DNA from: an uncultured Nocardioides sp.
GTDB taxonomy: Bacteria > Actinomycetota > Actinomycetes > Propionibacteriales > Nocardioidaceae
Length of the DNA stretch: 64,000 bases
Direction: 5' to 3'
NCBI GenBank assembly: GCA_964396585.1
Contig: CAYNFY010000006.1
Span: forward strand, 223 to 64,222
This document shows positions 61,241-64,000 of this stretch, piece after piece. The notes beneath the pieces are model-generated. The model made no database searches, was not told the DNA's origin, and saw only the letters and a list, made by a program, of their open reading frames with translations. The first letter of the stretch is position 1. Every line of letters begins with the position of its first letter. The translations under genes were made by a program, and so were the position numbers.

Positions 61241-62599
61241 TCATCCCTTCTCCGGTTCCCCGATACCCGGTTCCTCGATCCCCAGGGCCACCGCCGGATC
61301 CTCCAAAGTCCCGGGTTCGGCCAGGTGCAGCACCACCGCGTTGACCACCGCCACCAACGGCACCGCGATCAGGGCACCGGGGATCCCAGCCACGATCACC
61401 CCGATCGCGATGGCCACGATCACCCCGAGTGGGTGCACCGAGACGAACCTGCCCATGACGAACGGCTGCAGCCCGTGACCCTCGATCTGCTGGACGGCGA
61501 TCACTCCGACCAGCATCCACAGCGCCGTCCAAGGGCCCTGGTCCACCAGGGCGACGAGCACCGCGACGCCACCGGCCACGGTGGCACCGACCATGGGGAT
61601 GAACGCGCCCAGGAAGACCAGGACTCCGATCGCCAGCACGAAGGGCACCCCGAGTACTGCCGCCACGATCATCACCCCGATCGAGTCGACGCAGGCGATC
61701 AGCAAGGTGGCGCGCACGAAGTTGGTCAGCGACCCCCAGGCGACCCTGCCCGAGGAGTCGACCCGTTCTCTGGTGCTCCGGGGAGCGAGCCGAACGAACC
61801 AGGACCAGATCCGGTCCCCGTCGGCCATGAAGAAATAGGTCGCGAACAACACGATGAAGACCCCCGCCACCACATGACCCAGAGCGGTGCCCACCTCCGT
61901 GACCTGGGTGATCACTCCCCCGTTGCGGCTGCGCTCGGTGATCAGGTCCTGGGCTTGTTGGATATAGGAGTTGATCTGCGTGTCGCTCGCCTTCAGCGGA
62001 CCGTCCCGCAGCCAGTTCCTGACCTCATCGAGCCCCTTGACCACCGAGTCGGCGAGGTCCGATGCGCCCTGCGCGATCTGTTGTCCCACGAAGGTGAGGA
62101 GCAGGGCGAGCATCCCTATCCCGAGCACCATCACCAGCAGCGCCGAGAGCCCCTTGGGCAATCCGATCCTGTGCAACCGCTGAACACCCGGACCGGCCAA
62201 CGCGGCGATCAGCAGGGCGATCGCCAGCGGCAGCGTGACGACCAGGAAGAAGTCCAGCAGCCACAACACCACGAACAGGGCCGCCCCGATCACCAAGAAC
62301 CGCCAGGCCCAGGCCGCGGCCAGATCGACGCCGTACGGGACCCGAGCCGGACGGAAGTCTGATTCCCCGCCCTGCACCGGCCGTGGACGCTGTTCGTTCT
62401 GCCTCTCGGCGCGAGCCAGCGCCCACTGGGCCGCAATCTGCTGGGTCACTCGTTCGCTGAGACTATCGTCCTCGCGGGCCGACTCATGATGCGCGCGACG
62501 ACTCCGTCCGATCCGCCACCAGGACTGATCCGGTTCCTCCTCGAGGTCCCGTTCCTCGGCTCCCGGATCGGGCTCGTCGCTCGGCGTGTCCTGACTCAC
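61241..62599 (-). CDS. AI-2E family (PerM/UPF0118) transporter
   Basis: Polytopic membrane protein. GAFIPMVGATVAGGVAVLVAL and QQIEGHGLQPFVMGRFVSVHPL. Confidence 0.88.
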   Translation of the reverse strand: MSQDTPSDEPDPGAEERDLEEEPDQSWWRIGRSRRAHHESAREDDSLSERVTQQIAAQWALARAERQNEQRPRPVQGGESDFRPARVPYGVDLAAAWAWRFLVIGAALFVVLWLLDFFLVVTLPLAIALLIAALAGPGVQRLHRIGLPKGLSALLVMVLGIGMLALLLTFVGQQIAQGASDLADSVVKGLDEVRNWLRDGPLKASDTQINSYIQQAQDLITERSRNGGVITQVTEVGTALGHVVAGVFIVLFATYFFMADGDRIWSWFVRLAPRSTRERVDSSGRVAWGSLTNFVRATLLIACVDSIGVMIVAAVLGVPFVLAIGVLVFLGAFIPMVGATVAGGVAVLVALVDQGPWTALWMLVGVIAVQQIEGHGLQPFVMGRFVSVHPLGVIVAIAIGVIVAGIPGALIAVPLVAVVNAVVLHLAEPGTLEDPAVALGIEEPGIGEPEKG

Positions 62600-62623
62600 T
62601 CGTTCAGGCTAGGGCATGCACCC

Positions 62624-63793
62624 TCAGCCGAGCGCACGGTCGAGGTCGGCGATCAGATCGGTGTCGGTCTCGATACCGACACTGAGCCGGATCAGGTCGG
62701 CGGGGACCTCCAGATCGGTACCGGCCACCGAGGCATGGGTCATTCGGCCGGGGTGTTCGATCAACGACTCCACACCGCCGAGCGACTCACCCAGCGTGAA
62801 GACCTCGGCCCGGTCACACACTTCCAGGGCCGCCGATTCGCCGCCGGCCACGCGGAAGCTGATGATGGCGCCGAAACGACGCATCTGCCGGGCCGCGACC
62901 TCGTGGTTGGGATGGCTGGTCAGGCTCGGGTGGATCACCTCGGTGACTCGCGGATGCCCGCCGAGGAAATCCACGACCTTCTCCGCGTTGTCGCAGTGCC
63001 GCTCCATCCGTACTGCCAGGGTCTTCAGGCCTCGATGGGTCAGGAAGCAGTCGAACGGACCGGGCACGGCACCCATCGAGTTCTGGTGGAAGGCGATCTG
63101 CTCGGCCAGGTCGAGGTCACGTACCACCAGCGCCCCACCGACCACATCGGAATGGCCGCCCACGTACTTGGTGGTGGAGTGCACCACCACATCGGCGCCC
63201 AGGGTCAGCGGTTGCTGTAGATAGGGGGAGGCGAACGTGTTGTCCACCACCAATCGAGCGCCGGCCTCGTGCGCGACCGTTGCCAGGGCCTCGATGTCGC
63301 CGATGCTCAGCATCGGGTTGGTGGGGGTCTCGATCCAGACCAGCTTGGTGCGCCCGGGCTGAACGGCCGCCGCCACCTGTTCGGGCGAGGTGACCGGGGC
63401 CGGACTGTGACTCAGCCCCCAATTCGCCGCCACCTTGTCGAAGAGTCGGAAGGTGCCCCCGTACGCGTCGTCGGGGATGACCACGTGGTCGCCGGGGCGG
63501 CACAGCGCCCGGATCAACGTGTCCTCGGCGGCCAGGCCGGAGGCGAACGTGAATCCGCGCTCGCCCTCCTCGACCGCCGCCAACGCCCCCTCGAGGGCAG
63601 TCCGGGTCGGGTTGCCGGAACGGCTGTACTCGTAGCCGCCGCGCATCCCCCCGACACCGTCCTGCTTGAAGGTCGACGAGGCGTAGATCGGCGGGTTCAC
63701 CGCTCCGGTCATGGCGTCGGGCTCGTAGCCCGCATGGATGGCCTTCGTCTCGAACCCGGACTTGTGGCGATGTTCTTGGCTCACGCTGGCCAC
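62624..63793 (-). CDS. metB: Cystathionine gamma-synthase (PLP-dependent transsulfuration enzyme)
   Basis: FETKAIHAGYEPD, YSRSGNPTR, VVHSTTKYVGGHSDVVGG (PLP lysine). GTG 63793 or 63784 is the likely start. Confidence 0.9.
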   Translation of the reverse strand: MASVSQEHRHKSGFETKAIHAGYEPDAMTGAVNPPIYASSTFKQDGVGGMRGGYEYSRSGNPTRTALEGALAAVEEGERGFTFASGLAAEDTLIRALCRPGDHVVIPDDAYGGTFRLFDKVAANWGLSHSPAPVTSPEQVAAAVQPGRTKLVWIETPTNPMLSIGDIEALATVAHEAGARLVVDNTFASPYLQQPLTLGADVVVHSTTKYVGGHSDVVGGALVVRDLDLAEQIAFHQNSMGAVPGPFDCFLTHRGLKTLAVRMERHCDNAEKVVDFLGGHPRVTEVIHPSLTSHPNHEVAARQMRRFGAIISFRVAGGESAALEVCDRAEVFTLGESLGGVESLIEHPGRMTHASVAGTDLEVPADLIRLSVGIETDTDLIADLDRALG

Positions 63794-63849
63794 CGTACTC
63801 AGCCCGGTGAACGTTTGTAACGTCGCGGGTGGTCGAGAGCTCCATTTCG

Positions 63850-63900
63850 CTCTGTCACGCCGTCCGTTGTTGATATAGCCCTGCTCAAGACGTGACAGAG
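63850..63900 (-). promoter_or_regulatory. 10-bp perfect inverted repeat around an AT-rich core in the metB upstream region
   Basis: CTCTGTCACG (63850-63859) ... CGTGACAGAG (63891-63900), enclosing TGTTGATATAGCC. A third CGTGACA is at 63913-63919. Confidence 0.3.
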
Positions 63901-64000
63901 CCCCAGCGGCGACGTGACAACCAGCCGGAGCCACACCCACGCGATCCGGGTTGCGTGCGGGGTGACAATAGAGGCATGTTCCACACCAGTTCGATGAAGT

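Overview
High-GC actinobacterial chromosome segment. No rRNA, tRNA or CRISPR array was seen. All calls come from reading the ORF translations and the raw sequence; no searches were run.

Accessory region (about 1-10.9 kb):
- The integrase-proximal end of an integrative conjugative element: a MOBF-type relaxase-helicase broken by a 1-nt frameshift, a repeat-dense non-coding region, xis, and a tyrosine integrase.
- A lower-GC two-gene operon follows directly: an OLD-family ATPase/Toprim nuclease plus a UvrD-like helicase (Gabija / class 2 OLD type anti-phage module).
- A co-directional string then abuts ychF: higB, higA, a degenerate P-loop kinase, and an orphan gene.

Backbone (remaining ~53 kb): housekeeping genes in the order ychF, ispH, xseAB, DUF4245, glpX, fumC, phoH2, Z-prenyl transferase, hemolysin III, mca, DUF4307, greA, ilvA, metB. 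As far as I recall, this mirrors the M. tuberculosis Rv1112-Rv1079 region.

Small insertions punctuate the backbone:
- vapBC, a low-GC orphan membrane protein and an IS110-family element, between xthA and rmuC
- modABC
- a sugar ABC operon
- a 5'-truncated and frameshifted thiC remnant
- a class I fumarase
- a DUF559 gene bracketed by two copies of a palindromic repeat

Strongest candidates for follow-up:
- the Gabija-like operon and its unusual inserts
- the iteron-like array upstream of xis
- the structured IS110 leader, whose loop matches the other end of the element (bridge-RNA-like)
- the palindrome-bracketed DUF559 cassette
- a ~119-nt nested palindrome upstream of phoH2
- a possible c-di-AMP (ydaO-type) riboswitch
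- two perfect CRP/GlxR consensus boxes

I did not find a clearly new multi-gene system beyond these.
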